A stretch of DNA of 64,000 nucleotides from positions 320,001 to 384,000 of the forward strand of contig CAWHAA010000004.1 in NCBI GenBank assembly GCA_963827275.1, written 5' to 3'. The notes beneath the pieces were generated by a model. It searched no databases and was not told the origin of the DNA. It worked only from the letters and a program-made list of their open reading frames with translations. Made by a program: the position numbers and the translations under genes. The DNA is from an uncultured Spirochaetota bacterium. Its GTDB lineage: Bacteria > Spirochaetota > UBA4802 > UBA5550. Numbering within the stretch: position 1 is the stretch's first letter; each line of letters begins with the position of its first letter. This document shows, piece by piece, positions 1 to 18,818 of this stretch.

Positions 1-41
1 TGGGGAAAATATAGGGTATTTTATAAGCATCGAGGATTATC

Positions 42-476
42 ATGGCAAAGAAAGTTAAAGTTGTTGTAACCGAGATTAAGCTCCAGATACCGGGCGGCCA
101 GGCGAATCCCGCTCCCCCGGTCGGTCCCGCGCTGGGCCAGCACGGCCTGAACATCATGGATTTCTGCAAGTCCTTCAATGAGAGGACGAAGGACCAGATG
201 GGAACGATCCTCCCGGTTGTGATCACGGTATATAATGACCGTACCTATACGTTCATCATCAAGACCCCTCCCGCGGCGGTGCTGATCAAGAAGGCGCTGA
301 AGCTGGAAAAGGGCTCGTCAGAGCCGAACAAGACGCAGGCGGGCACGATCACCAGGAAGCAGCTGGAGGAGATCGCCACGATAAAAATGCCCGACATCAA
401 CGCTAATGATCTTGACGCGGCGGTGAAGATTATAGCCGGGACTGCCCGGTCGATGGGGGTCGGGGTGATTGACTGA
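42..476 (+). CDS. rplK: 50S ribosomal protein L11
   Basis: [15 protein letters not shown] and IAGTARSMG motifs; SD GAGG upstream. Confidence 0.98.
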   Translation: MAKKVKVVVTEIKLQIPGGQANPAPPVGPALGQHGLNIMDFCKSFNERTKDQMGTILPVVITVYNDRTYTFIIKTPPAAVLIKKALKLEKGSSEPNKTQAGTITRKQLEEIATIKMPDINANDLDAAVKIIAGTARSMGVGVID

Positions 477-520
477 CCTGACGGTCCGCTCCGCAGAATA
501 GAATTCGAGGTACATACGAA

Positions 521-1204
521 ATGAAACGTGGAAAAAAAATAGTGGCAGCCAGGGCCAGGATCGACAGGAACAAGCTTTACAATGTCGAAGAGGCCGTTAC
601 GCTGATGAAGGAATGCAAGTATTCCAAGTTTGATGAAACGGTGGACATCCAGGTGAAGCTGGTCCATAAGAGTTATCAGAACATCCGCGGCAGCGCGAGC
701 CTTCCCGCCGGCACCGGCAAGACGAAGAAGGTTCTTGTTATCTGCAAGGGCGACAAGCAGAAAGAGGCCCAGGACGCGGGCGCCGACTATGTCGGCGCGG
801 AAGACATGATCGAGAAGATCAAGACGGGATGGATCGATTTCCAGGCCGTGGTCGCGACACCCGACATGATGAAAGAGGTCGGCAAGCTCGGCCCGATGCT
901 CGGCAAAAAGGGCCTCATGCCGAAGCCCAAGTCCGGGACCGTCACCGAGGACGTGACGGGCATCATCAAGGAGCTCAAGGGCGGCCGCGTCGAGTACAAA
1001 TCGGACAAGACGGGCGTTATCCACATGGGGATCGGGAAGATCTCCTTTACCGATGACGCCATCATCAGTAATATAAAAGTGTTTTTCAACCAGATATTGA
1101 AGGACAAGCCCTCGGATGCAAAGGGAAATTATATCAAATCGGTGTTCGTCAGCTCATCGATGGGGCCCGGCATTAAACTCAATCATAAGGGGATTGAAAA
1201 GTAA
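521..1204 (+). CDS. rplA: 50S ribosomal protein L1
   Basis: [24 protein letters not shown] and SSSMGPG motifs; follows rplK. Confidence 0.98.
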   Translation: MKRGKKIVAARARIDRNKLYNVEEAVTLMKECKYSKFDETVDIQVKLVHKSYQNIRGSASLPAGTGKTKKVLVICKGDKQKEAQDAGADYVGAEDMIEKIKTGWIDFQAVVATPDMMKEVGKLGPMLGKKGLMPKPKSGTVTEDVTGIIKELKGGRVEYKSDKTGVIHMGIGKISFTDDAIISNIKVFFNQILKDKPSDAKGNYIKSVFVSSSMGPGIKLNHKGIEK

Positions 1205-1722
1205 TGGTTAAGCAATATAAAGTAGATGAAGTGGCGGTCCTGGTCGCCAAGCTCAAGGAAAAAGGCAATCTCATCCTGACGAACTATTCAGGTATCCAGG
1301 TCAAGGACCTGAGCAAGCTCCGGAAGACCCTCCGGAGCAAGGGTGCGGAATACCGCGTGGTGAAAAACACGCTGTTCAAACGCGCGCTCAAAGAGGTCGG
1401 CATCGCGGGTCTTGACGACCATCTGAAAGGCCCGGTCGCTGTCGCGTTCGTGAAAAACGAGATCGGCGAGGTGGCCAAGGCCCTGAAGGATTTCGCGAAA
1501 GACGTGGAAAAATTCAGCTATTCGGCCGGCGTCATGGATAACGTGGTGTACGGTCAGGACCAGATAAAGCGGATAGCCGATCTTCCGTCACGAGAGGTTC
1601 TCCTGGCCCAGGTCATGGGGCTGATCAACGGGCCGGCGCGGGGCATCGCCGTCGGGATGAACCAGATAATGGCCTCGCTCGCCCGCGGCATAAAAGCGGT
1701 CGCCGAGGCGCAGAGCAAGTAG
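1204..1722 (+). CDS. rplJ: 50S ribosomal protein L10
   Basis: VVKNTLFKRAL and IADLPSRE motifs; TAATG overlap with rplA. Confidence 0.97.
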   Translation: MVKQYKVDEVAVLVAKLKEKGNLILTNYSGIQVKDLSKLRKTLRSKGAEYRVVKNTLFKRALKEVGIAGLDDHLKGPVAVAFVKNEIGEVAKALKDFAKDVEKFSYSAGVMDNVVYGQDQIKRIADLPSREVLLAQVMGLINGPARGIAVGMNQIMASLARGIKAVAEAQSK

Positions 1723-1946
1723 CAGCGGATATCGCCGGCCGGCGGGGATCTCCCCCGGGCGGCCCGGCAGAAGACGAATTAATAATAGAAAAGGTCCTGT
1801 TTCCAGTGTATATATAATATGCGGATACAATGCCTTTATAGGTTTCTGCGATGATAATCATTGCCGCCGCGCCGGGAGAACGGCAGGGCGGGACGATTGA
1901 AACGCATTAACTTGAAGAAATTCACTAAGTATAAAGGAGATTTACA

Positions 1947-2318
1947 ATGGCTAACGTACAAGAATTATTGGATGCGATCGGCAGTCTGACCCTCCTGGAA
2001 GCGGCCGAACTCGTAAAGGCGATGGAAGATAAATTCGGCATATCAGCCGCCGCTCCGGTAGCGGTCGCCGCTGCCGCAGGCCCCGCCGCCGAAGCAGCCG
2101 ATGAGCAGGTTGAATTTGACGTCGTTCTCGCAGGTTTCGGCGACAACAAGGTCGCGGTCATCAAGGAAGTCAGGACCATCACCGGCCTCGGGCTTAAAGA
2201 GGCCAAGGAACTCGTCGAGGCTGGCGGCAAAACGGTCAAGGAAAAAGTATCCAAGGAAGAAGCCGAGAAGATCAAGCAGCAACTGGCCGCGGCTGGCGCG
2301 ACAGTTGAGGTTAAATAA
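1947..2318 (+). CDS. rplL: 50S ribosomal protein L7/L12
   Basis: EKFGISAAA hinge and [29 protein letters not shown]. Confidence 0.98.
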   Translation: MANVQELLDAIGSLTLLEAAELVKAMEDKFGISAAAPVAVAAAAGPAAEAADEQVEFDVVLAGFGDNKVAVIKEVRTITGLGLKEAKELVEAGGKTVKEKVSKEEAEKIKQQLAAAGATVEVK

Positions 2319-2349
2319 TCTGGCGAGTGATTATCATTTTTTTCCACAA

Positions 2350-2399
2350 GTAACGGGCAGCAGGTTTGGTTGTTATCAATCAAACCTTTTGCCGTTTAC
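2350..2399 (+). promoter_or_regulatory. Long imperfect hairpin in the rplL-rpoB spacer (possible attenuator or RNase III site)
   Basis: GTAA-CGG-GCA..AGGTTTGGTTG-TTAT-CAATCAAACCT..TGC-CG-TTTAC. Confidence 0.45.
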
Positions 2400-2426
2400 A
2401 AACATCCAGGTAAAGGTTTAACATCC

Positions 2427-5961
<3,535 letters not shown>

Positions 5962-5997
5962 TAGTTATTCGCGATACACTATTTTCGAGGAAACAAC

Positions 5998-10246
<4,249 letters not shown>

Positions 10247-10253
10247 ACCGGTC

Positions 10254-10277
10254 GCGCCGCGCAGGGGTGCGCGGCGC
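10254..10277 (+). terminator. GC-rich hairpin after rpoC (no clear U-tract)
   Basis: GCGCCGCGCA-GGGG-TGCGCGGCGC, perfect 10-bp stem. Confidence 0.45.
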
Positions 10278-10404
10278 AGGCAATTAATATCAAATTAATA
10301 ACTTGACAAAAAATCGTCATAATTCACAAATACCATTCAATGGTATCTGATATAACATGGTTGATTATATGCGATATTATCAGTAATCAGGAACAGGAGT
10401 CAGA

Positions 10405-10780
10405 ATGCCAACGATCAACCAGTTAATCCGACAGGGACGGGAACAAAAAAGGAAGAAAACGAAATCCCCGGCCCTGAAAAGCTGCCCGCAGAAACGCGGA
10501 GTCTGCACCAGGGTCATGACCTTTACCCCGAAAAAACCGAACTCCGCCCTGCGGAAAGTCGCGCGGGTGCGCCTCACCAACGGCATTGAGGTGACGGCAT
10601 ATATACCCGGGAGTCGGCCACAATCTCCAGGAGCACAGCGCGGTGCTCATACGGGGCGGCCGGGTCAAGGACCTGCCGGGCGTGCGGTACCACATCATAC
10701 GGGGTACGCTCGACACCCTCGGCGTTGACGACCGGAGAAAGAGCCGCTCGAAATACGGGACAAAGCGGCCCAAGGCGTAA
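10405..10780 (+). CDS. rpsL: 30S ribosomal protein S12 (one apparent +1 frameshift near 10610)
   Basis: MPTINQL and [10 protein letters not shown], then [30 protein letters not shown] in the shifted frame. Confidence 0.97.
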
Positions 10781-10794
10781 TCATTCGATAGTGA

Positions 10795-11271
<477 letters not shown>

Positions 11272-11280
11272 GATGATTAT

Positions 11281-11312
11281 CACGCCCCCGCATTCGCGGG
11301 GGCGTGCTGTTT
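11281..11312 (+). terminator. Probable intrinsic terminator after rpsG
   Basis: CACGCCCCCGC-ATTC-GCGGGGGCGTG followed by CTGTTT. Confidence 0.65.
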
Positions 11313-11327
11313 AATAAGACGTTATTC

Positions 11328-11353
11328 GAAATACCAGGCATGCCTGGTATTTC
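11328..11353. repeat. Perfect 26-bp palindrome
   Basis: GAAATACCAGGCA|TGCCTGGTATTTC. Confidence 0.9.
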
Positions 11354-11429
11354 TTGTTTATTACACGATCGATTTTTCTCTATACGTACATGAGACGGCG
11401 CTCATTTTGCAGAAGTCTGCGGCGGTTTC

Positions 11430-11531
11430 GGCGGCACATATCTCACTCGCTCCGCCTCGTATTTACCTCCGTGTAAGCACTCGGCTGTCGGCGCCTTCCG
11501 TGGCGCCTGCTCGTTGAGATATGGTGCCGCC
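11430..11531. repeat. About 100-bp element bounded by inverted repeats (REP/MITE-like or structured RNA)
   Basis: GGCGGCAC-ATATCTCA ... TGAGATAT-g-GTGCCGCC encloses two small hairpins with loops CTCCGT and TTCCGT. Confidence 0.55.
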
Positions 11532-11572
11532 TAATACACGTTTGTTACGTCAAAAGGTCATTGAAGGTCACT

Positions 11573-13664
11573 ATGCCACGGGAACTGCCCCTAAACAGGA
11601 CGCGCAATATCGGCATCATGGCGCACATCGATGCGGGCAAGACCACGCTCACCGAGCGCATACTCTTTTACACCGGCAAGACCCACAAGATGGGCGAGGT
11701 CCACGAGGGCACCGCGGAGATGGACTGGATGGTGCAGGAAAAGGAGCGGGGCATCACCATCACCGCGGCCGCCACGACCTGCTTCTGGAAGAATACGATA
11801 ATAAACATCATCGATACGCCCGGGCCATGTCGATTTCACCATGGAGGTCGAGCGGAGCCTCAGGGTGCTCGATTCGGCCATCGCGGTGTTCGACGGTGTC
11901 GCCGGTGTCGAGCCGCAGTCGGAAACCGTGTGGCGGCAGGCGGACCACTATCATATCCCGCGCATCTGCTTCGTGAACAAGATGGACCGGGTGGGCGCCG
12001 ATTTCGAGCGGTGCCTCGACGATGATCAGGGAGCAGCTCAACGCGGTGCCGCTGCCGCTCCAGATGCCGCTGGGACTCGAGGACAGCCACCGCGGCGTCG
12101 TTGACTTCGTCGCCATGAAGGCGTACGTGTGGGCGGACGAACTGGGGACGGAGATACGAGAGACCGATATCCCGGAAGAATACAGGGAGAAAGCCCGCAG
12201 CTACCGGGAGGCGCTCCTTGAAACGATAGCCGAGCATGACGATGCACTCATGCACAAATACCTGGAGGGGATCGAACCTGACGAGCAGGAGATAAAGGAC
12301 GGTATCAGGAAGGCAACCGCTACCGCGGCGGTGTTTCCGGTCCTTTGCGGCTCGGCCCTGCGGAACAAGGGCGTCCAGCCCGTCCTCGACGCAATCGTCG
12401 ATTACCTCCCGTCGCCGCGGGACATCAGGCCGGTCGAGGGGCATAATCCGAAAAACCCTGACGAGATACTTCACCGGGAAGCGAACGACAAGGAGCCCTT
12501 CTGCGGCGCTGGTGTTCAAGCTTATGAGCGATCCCTACGTCGGCAAGCTTTCCTACCTGCGCGTCTATTCCGGCCACATGAAGACCGGCGACCAGGTGTA
12601 CAACGTCACCACCGGCAAGAAGGAGCGTGTCCAGCGCTTCCTCCGCATGCACGCAAACGACCGCTATGACATCAAGGAGGTGTACACCGGGGACATCATC
12701 GCCGTCGTGGGCCTGCGAAGCGCGCGCACCGGCGACACCCTCGCCGACGAAACGCAGCCGATCCTGCTGGAAAAGATGGAGTTCCCGGACCCGGTCATTT
12801 CGGTGGCGATAGAGCCGAAGACGAAGGCTGACCAGGAGAAGCTCGACGCGGCCCTGCAGCGCCTGGTCGATGAGGACCCAACGTTCCACGTGCATGCTGA
12901 CTCGGAGTCGGGCCAGACGCTCATCTCGGGGATGGGGGAGCTCCACCTCGAAATCATCGTCGACCGTCTCACGCGTGAATTCAACATCCACGCCAATGTC
13001 GGGAAGCCGCAGGTTACCTACAAGGAGACCATCACGAAGCCCGTCGATTCTGAATTCCGTTACGAAAAGCAGATCGGCGGCAAGGACCAGTCGGGCCACG
13101 TGGTCATTCGCATGGAGCCGGGCGGTCCCGGTACGGGCTTCATGTTCAAAAACGCGCTCAAGGGCGCGGAGATCCCGACGAATTTCTAAAGGACATCGAG
13201 GCGGGCCTGTCTGACGCAATGCAGGTCGGGCGTTATAGCCGGGTACCGCATGGACGGATATCACGGTCACCCTGACCGGCGGATCATATGATGAGGCGAC
13301 CTCGATCGGCATGGGGTACAGGATCGCCGCAGGCACGGCCCTCAGGGAGGGAGCGCGGAAGGCATCGCCGACCCTCATGGAGCCTGTCATGAAACTTGAG
13401 GTCGTATGTCCCGACGAGTACATGGGGGATGTGATCAACGATATCAATTCCCGCCGCGGCAGGATCGAAAATATCAATATTCGCGGCATGATGAAGGTCA
13501 TCGACGCCTTCGTGCCGCTTTCCGAGGTCTTCGGGTACTCGACGAGCGTGCGCTCCATGAGCCAGGGAAGGGCGACGCATACCCTCCAGATATCCCATTA
13601 CGAGGTGGTGCCGAAAGATATCACCGACCGGATTGTCGGGAGAATGACGGGAGCTTTCTATTGA
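11573..13664 (+). CDS. fusA: Elongation factor G with divergent domain IV (about 6 apparent frameshifts near 11822, 12020, 12508, 13176, 13230, 13253)
   Basis: [37 protein letters not shown] and LMEP motifs across frames; str-operon position. Confidence 0.93.
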
Positions 13665-13731
13665 TTTTTTTGGTAAGAGGGCAATTTTTTTAAATTAATA
13701 TCCAATTTTGAATAATTTTTTCATTAATTTG

Positions 13732-13759
13732 TTGACAGAATAAGCACATTTTTTTTAAT
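13732..13759 (+). promoter_or_regulatory. Putative sigma70 promoter for tuf
   Basis: TTGACA-N16-TTTAAT within a 350-bp AT-rich spacer. Confidence 0.4.
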
Positions 13760-14014
13760 TCAAAAACCCGCAATTTATATGGGCAAAATTTACTGGCACG
13801 CCGAAAAGTTGCTTTTTTCGTTCAATTTTCAAATAGAAAAAAGCTTTTTTTTCCTTTTATAAGTGCCACTAGGGAAACATCCTAAACAGGTATTATCAAG
13901 AGTTTCCTTAATAATATTTATAATTTATATATAAATATTTACTGTCACTATTTACCTGAATTGGTGATCAGTAAGATAAAACATGAAGGAATAATAATTA
14001 AGGAGTGAAATCCA

Positions 14015-15229
14015 ATGGGTAAAGAAAAATTTCAACGGACAAAACCGCACGTAAATGTTGGCACGATTGGTCACATTGATCATGGCAAGACTACGTTGAC
14101 ATCAGCAATCACGAAATGCTTCTTCCTGAAATATGGGCTGGGCAAGCCTGTTGAATTTGACCAGATCGATAATGCTCCGGAGGAAAAGGCCCGGGGTATA
14201 ACGATTGCCACTTCGCACCAGGAATACGAGACACCGAAGCGTCACTATGCGCACGTCGACTGCCCGGGTCACGCTGACTATATAAAGAACATGATCACCG
14301 GCGCCGCCCAGATGGACGCCGCCATCCTCGTCGTGGCCGCCGGCGACGGCGCCATGCCGCAGACCAAGGAGCACGTCCTCCTCGCGCACCAGGTCAACGT
14401 TCCGAACATGATCGTTTTCCTTAATAAAGTTGATATGATAGACAAGTCCGAACGCGACGAGATGATCGAGCTTGTTGAAATGGAGATCAGGGAGCTGCTT
14501 TCCAAGTATGAATTCCCCGGCGACGAGGTTCCCATTATCCCCGGCTCGGCCCTCAAGGCCCTCGAAGAAGCCGAGGCAAAAAAGACAGACGGCGAATGGT
14601 TTAACAGCGTTATCAAGCTCGGCGAAGCCATGGATGCCTATATCCCCGAGCCGAAGCGCGCGACGGATAAACCCTTCCTTATGCCGATAGAAGACGTTTT
14701 CTCCATCACCGGCCGCGGCACCGTTGTGACCGGCAGGATCGAGCGGGGTATTGTCAAGACCGGCGAAGAAGTCGAGATCATCGGCATCACTGAAACCAAG
14801 AAAACGGTATGTACCGGTGTCGAAATGTTCCGGAAGATCCTGGACGAAGGTCAGGCCGGTGACAACGTCGGCTGCCTCCTCCGCGGTACCGGGAAAGACG
14901 AGGTCATGAGGGGCCAGGTTCTCGCGAAACCGGGTTCAATAACGCCGCATAAAAAATTTCTTGGTAAAGTTTACATTCTGAAGAAAGAAGAAGGCGGACG
15001 TCATACCCCGTTCTTTGGAAACTACCGGCCGCAGTTCTATTTCAGGACAACAGACGTGACCGGTATAGTCACGCTCCCTGCCGGAGTCGAGATGGTCATG
15101 CCCGGAGACGACATTGACATGACCGTCGAGCTTATCACCCCGATCGCCATGGAAGAAGAACTCAGGTTCGCCATCCGTGAAGGCGGGAAAACGGTGGGCG
15201 CCGGGGTCGTTACCAAGGTCATTGAGTAA
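14015..15229 (+). CDS. tuf: Elongation factor Tu
   Basis: [31 protein letters not shown] and [13 protein letters not shown] motifs. Confidence 0.99.
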   Translation: MGKEKFQRTKPHVNVGTIGHIDHGKTTLTSAITKCFFLKYGLGKPVEFDQIDNAPEEKARGITIATSHQEYETPKRHYAHVDCPGHADYIKNMITGAAQMDAAILVVAAGDGAMPQTKEHVLLAHQVNVPNMIVFLNKVDMIDKSERDEMIELVEMEIRELLSKYEFPGDEVPIIPGSALKALEEAEAKKTDGEWFNSVIKLGEAMDAYIPEPKRATDKPFLMPIEDVFSITGRGTVVTGRIERGIVKTGEEVEIIGITETKKTVCTGVEMFRKILDEGQAGDNVGCLLRGTGKDEVMRGQVLAKPGSITPHKKFLGKVYILKKEEGGRHTPFFGNYRPQFYFRTTDVTGIVTLPAGVEMVMPGDDIDMTVELITPIAMEEELRFAIREGGKTVGAGVVTKVIE

Positions 15230-15264
15230 CGATCTCTCCAGCGTGAATTGAACAGTGCAATCAA

Positions 15265-15304
15265 AGGTCAGACCATCATACTGATGGTCTGACTTATGTA
15301 TTTT
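15265..15304 (+). terminator. Hairpin between tuf and rpsJ (terminator or attenuator)
   Basis: GTCAGACCATCA-TAC-TGATGGTCTGAC, 12-bp stem followed by TTATGTATTTT. Confidence 0.55.
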
Positions 15305-15334
15305 AATGATAAAATAATCTATCAGGTATAAAAA

Positions 15335-15652
15335 GTGGCAAAGCCTACAGGACAACGTATAAGGGTAAAGCTAAGATCGTTCGACGCGAAGTTGTTGGAC
15401 CAGTCAGCCGAAAAGATCGTCGCGACCACGAACAGAAGCGGCGCGAAAGTCGCGGGTCCAATACCGCTGCCGACAAAGATCGAGAAGTTCTGCGTTCTCA
15501 GATCACCTCATGTCAACAAAAAGTCCCGTGAGCAGTTTGAGATACGGACACACAAGCGTTTGATCGACATTATTGATCCGAATTCAGATACGGTTGAAGC
15601 ATTGATGAAGCTTGAGCTTCCGGCCGGCGTTTCGGTTGATATCAAGTCCTGA
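15335..15652 (+). CDS. rpsJ: 30S ribosomal protein S10
   Basis: GPIPLPT and [24 protein letters not shown] start. Confidence 0.98.
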   Translation: MAKPTGQRIRVKLRSFDAKLLDQSAEKIVATTNRSGAKVAGPIPLPTKIEKFCVLRSPHVNKKSREQFEIRTHKRLIDIIDPNSDTVEALMKLELPAGVSVDIKS

Positions 15653-15713
15653 TCTTGCATGTTCTCAATCTTAGTATCCTTGTCAGCTATCATTTAATGG
15701 ATGGAAACGGGTG

Positions 15714-16331
15714 ATGAAAAAGGCGCTTATAGGCAGAAAAATCGGGATGACCCAGTTTATACAGGAGGACGGCACGACGCTGCCCGTAACCGTCTGTGAA
15801 CTTGGCCCCTGCGTCGTAGTGCAGAAAAAGAACGTCGAGAAGGACGGATACGCTGCGCTTAAACTGGGCTTCATTGATGTTAAAGAGGGCCGCCTCACCA
15901 AGCCCATCCTCTCTGATCTTAAAAAGAAGGGGATCAGGCCTCTCCGGGTGTTCGGCGAAGTAAACGTTTTTGACGATACGCTTGATGTCGGGAGCGAGAT
16001 TAAATGCTCCATCTTCGCGGAAAACACCATGGTGAACGTCACCGGCATATCGAAAGGAAAGGGCTTCGCGGGCGTTGTCAAGCGGTATGGCTTCGGCGGC
16101 GGACGTGAAACGCACGGTTCGACCTTCCACCGTGCGCCCGGTTCGATCGGCGCATGCGCGTTTCCGAGTGAAGTATGGAAGGGCCAGCGGATGCCGGGCA
16201 GGATGGGTTTCCGGACCGTCACCACGAAAAATCTTAAGATTGTCAAGGTGTTCGAAGATAACAATATAGTGCTCATATCCGGTGCCGTACCGGGCAGGAA
16301 AAATACACTGATTACTGTTTACGAAAGATAG
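15714..16331 (+). CDS. rplC: 50S ribosomal protein L3
   Basis: GRKIGMTQ, SKGKGFAGVVKR and HRAPGSIG motifs. Confidence 0.98.
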   Translation: MKKALIGRKIGMTQFIQEDGTTLPVTVCELGPCVVVQKKNVEKDGYAALKLGFIDVKEGRLTKPILSDLKKKGIRPLRVFGEVNVFDDTLDVGSEIKCSIFAENTMVNVTGISKGKGFAGVVKRYGFGGGRETHGSTFHRAPGSIGACAFPSEVWKGQRMPGRMGFRTVTTKNLKIVKVFEDNNIVLISGAVPGRKNTLITVYER

Positions 16332-16342
16332 GTAGGCGGGCG

Positions 16343-16969
16343 ATGAAAGTTGATAAATATTCGATAGACGGTAAGGTCGTGGGGTCAGTAGAGCTGTCCG
16401 ACACTGTTTTCGGGGCAGAGGTGAATGATAAGCTGATCTACGAATTGATAAAGGCCGCAAATGCGAACCAGCGCCAGGGCACGCACAAGACCAAGGAGCG
16501 CGGGGAAGTGAGCGGCGGCGGTATCAAGCCATGGAAACAGAAAGGAACCGGCCGCGCCCGCGCGGGATCGAGTCGCTCCCCGATATGGAAAGGCGGCGGC
16601 ACCGTGTTCGGTCCCCGTCCGCGGAGCTACCGGATCGACCTCCCGCGTTCGCTCAAGCGGTCGGCATACCGGGCGCTCCTCTCTCTCAAGGCGAAGCAGG
16701 GAAGCATAAAGGTGCTCGAGGACTTCAGCTCGAAGGGAAAGACCAAGGAGGTCGCGGGTATCGGCAAGGCGCTTTCCGTGTCGAAGGGCGTCCTGATTGC
16801 CGGCGGCGATGATCTTCTCCTGAAGCGCGCGGTCAAGAACATACCCTGGCTCCTGTACAACAACGTGAACAGGATATCGAGCAGGGACATTTTCAGCTCG
16901 AAGGCGCTTATCATAACCGAGAGCGCTGTCAAGCTCCTGAATGAACGATATGCGGAAGGCGGCAAGTGA
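16343..16969 (+). CDS. rplD: 50S ribosomal protein L4
   Basis: KPWKQKGTGRARAGS and GGGTVFGPRPR motifs. Confidence 0.98.
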   Translation: MKVDKYSIDGKVVGSVELSDTVFGAEVNDKLIYELIKAANANQRQGTHKTKERGEVSGGGIKPWKQKGTGRARAGSSRSPIWKGGGTVFGPRPRSYRIDLPRSLKRSAYRALLSLKAKQGSIKVLEDFSSKGKTKEVAGIGKALSVSKGVLIAGGDDLLLKRAVKNIPWLLYNNVNRISSRDIFSSKALIITESAVKLLNERYAEGGK

Positions 16970-17253
16970 TGAATTCGAACGATATCATTTTAAAACCGGT
17001 GATTTCAGAGAAGACCACCGAGTTAATGGGAATAAACAAGTACGTGTTCCGGGTTTCAATGAAGGCCAACAAGCTCATGGTTTCGCGCGCGGTGAAGGAG
17101 CTGTTCGGCGTTGAACCGGAGAAGGTGAATGTTCTCACGGTGCGGGGCAAGGACCGCAGGCTCAGGTTCCGGACGGGAAAGCGGAGCGCGTGGAAGAAGG
17201 CCATCGTAACGCTCAAGCCCGGCCAGAAGATCGAGCTCTTTGAAGCGCAATAA
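16969..17253 (+). CDS. rplW: 50S ribosomal protein L23
   Basis: PVISEK and WKKAIVTL motifs. Confidence 0.97.
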   Translation: MNSNDIILKPVISEKTTELMGINKYVFRVSMKANKLMVSRAVKELFGVEPEKVNVLTVRGKDRRLRFRTGKRSAWKKAIVTLKPGQKIELFEAQ

Positions 17254-17295
17254 CCGGCAGCGGGAAGCGGATTTTCCAGTTTAAAGGTAACGATT

Positions 17296-18123
17296 ATGGG
17301 ATTGAAAAAATTTAGACCGATAACGCAGACGACACGATACAAGACCGTGCTGGATTTCTCCGAGATCACGGAGGAAACGCCGCACAAGCCGCTGACGAAA
17401 GGGCGGACCGAATACTCCGGCCGCGGCTACAAGGGCCATATTTCCGTGCGCCGGCGCGGCGGCGGCCATAAGCGCCGGTATCGCAGCATCGATTTCAAGA
17501 GGGACAAGTACGGCATTGCCGGGCGTGTTGATACAATAGAATATGATCCCAACAGGTCGGCAAATATAGCCCTGGTCACCTACATCGACGGCGAAAAGCG
17601 CTACATCGTAGCGCCCGAATCCCTCAAGGTGGGGGACGCGGTCATATCCGGCGACAATGCTGAGATAAAAACGGGGAATGCGTTGCCCCTTAAGAATATT
17701 CCCCTCGGCACCAATATATACAATATAGAGATGACCCGCGGCAAGGGCGGCCAGCTGGTGAGATCGGCCGGCGTATCAGCCGTAATCACCGCGAAGGAAG
17801 GCGCCTACTGCCTGATAAAGCTGCCTTCAGGCGAGATACGGAAAATTCACCAGGAATGCTACGCCACCATCGGTGAAGTCGGCAACAAGGACTTCGGACT
17901 GGTGACGATAGGCAAGGCGGGAAGGTCGCGCTGGCTGAACAAGCGGCCCAAGGTCCGGGGTGTTGTCATGAACCCGGTAGACCATCCCCTCGGCGGCGGT
18001 GAAGGAAAATCATCCGGCGGCCGTCACCCGTGTTCGCCGACCGGGATGCCCAGCAAGGGATACAAGACGAGGAAAAAGCACAAGATCAGCGATAAATATA
18101 TTGTTAATCGAAGGAAGAAGTAA
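17296..18123 (+). CDS. rplB: 50S ribosomal protein L2
   Basis: IEYDPNRSA and [17 protein letters not shown] motifs. Confidence 0.99.
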   Translation: MGLKKFRPITQTTRYKTVLDFSEITEETPHKPLTKGRTEYSGRGYKGHISVRRRGGGHKRRYRSIDFKRDKYGIAGRVDTIEYDPNRSANIALVTYIDGEKRYIVAPESLKVGDAVISGDNAEIKTGNALPLKNIPLGTNIYNIEMTRGKGGQLVRSAGVSAVITAKEGAYCLIKLPSGEIRKIHQECYATIGEVGNKDFGLVTIGKAGRSRWLNKRPKVRGVVMNPVDHPLGGGEGKSSGGRHPCSPTGMPSKGYKTRKKHKISDKYIVNRRKK

Positions 18124-18407
18124 TGGCTCGGTCAGTAAAAAAAGGTCCGTTCGTAGACATTAAGTTGTTCAAGAAGATTGAGGACATGAATTCCTCAAAT
18201 TCGAAAAAGGCCGTAAAGACATGGTCGCGGCGATCGACAATATTCCCGGAAATGATCGGCCATACGCTCATGGTCCACAACGGGAAAAACTTCATCCCGG
18301 TTTACGTCACGGAGAACATGATTGGACACAAGCTGGGTGAATTCGCGCCCACCAGGACCTACCGTGGCCACAGAACCAAAGATGATAAAACAGCCAAGAG
18401 GAAATAA
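18123..18407 (+). CDS. rpsS: 30S ribosomal protein S19
   Basis: KTWSRRS and [11 protein letters not shown] motifs. Confidence 0.98.
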   Translation: MARSVKKGPFVDIKLFKKIEDMNSSNSKKAVKTWSRRSTIFPEMIGHTLMVHNGKNFIPVYVTENMIGHKLGEFAPTRTYRGHRTKDDKTAKRK

Positions 18408-18410
18408 CTG

Positions 18411-18749
18411 ATGGAAGCGCTTGCTTTTTCTAAAATCAACAGGGTATCAGCCTCCAAGGCGAGGCTGGTGGCGAATGAAGTACGGGGCGAAGAGCTCCCG
18501 TACGCCATTGAAATTTTGAAAGCGATGCCGCAGAAGTCGGCCCGCCTCATTCTTAAAACGCTGTATTCGGCCGGCGCCAACGCGAAATTCAAGAAGCCTG
18601 ACATAATGGACAAGAGCCTGTATATAAAGAAAATCACCGTGGATGTCGGGCCGACCATGAAGCGGTTCCGCCCCCGGGCGCGCGGCCGGGCGAACCGGAT
18701 CAAGAAAAGGACGAGCAGCATCCTGATTGTGCTGTCTGACGAAAGCTAG
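18411..18749 (+). CDS. rplV: 50S ribosomal protein L22
   Basis: KRFRPRARGRA motif; S10-operon order. Confidence 0.97.
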   Translation: MEALAFSKINRVSASKARLVANEVRGEELPYAIEILKAMPQKSARLILKTLYSAGANAKFKKPDIMDKSLYIKKITVDVGPTMKRFRPRARGRANRIKKRTSSILIVLSDES

Positions 18750-18818
18750 AAATACGCCGCGGTCATGAGGGCGAAAGAATAGAGCAGCAAATAATTTAAC
18801 AAAGGGTATCAATTTATT

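Noticed and set aside
11281..11531. CRISPR array or tRNA in the palindrome-rich spacer
   Set aside because: No repeated direct units with spacers and no cloverleaf or T-loop consensus.
11573..13664. fusA as a true pseudogene
   Set aside because: It lies in the same indel zone as essential genes, and the reframed sequence is full length with intact GTPase motifs.
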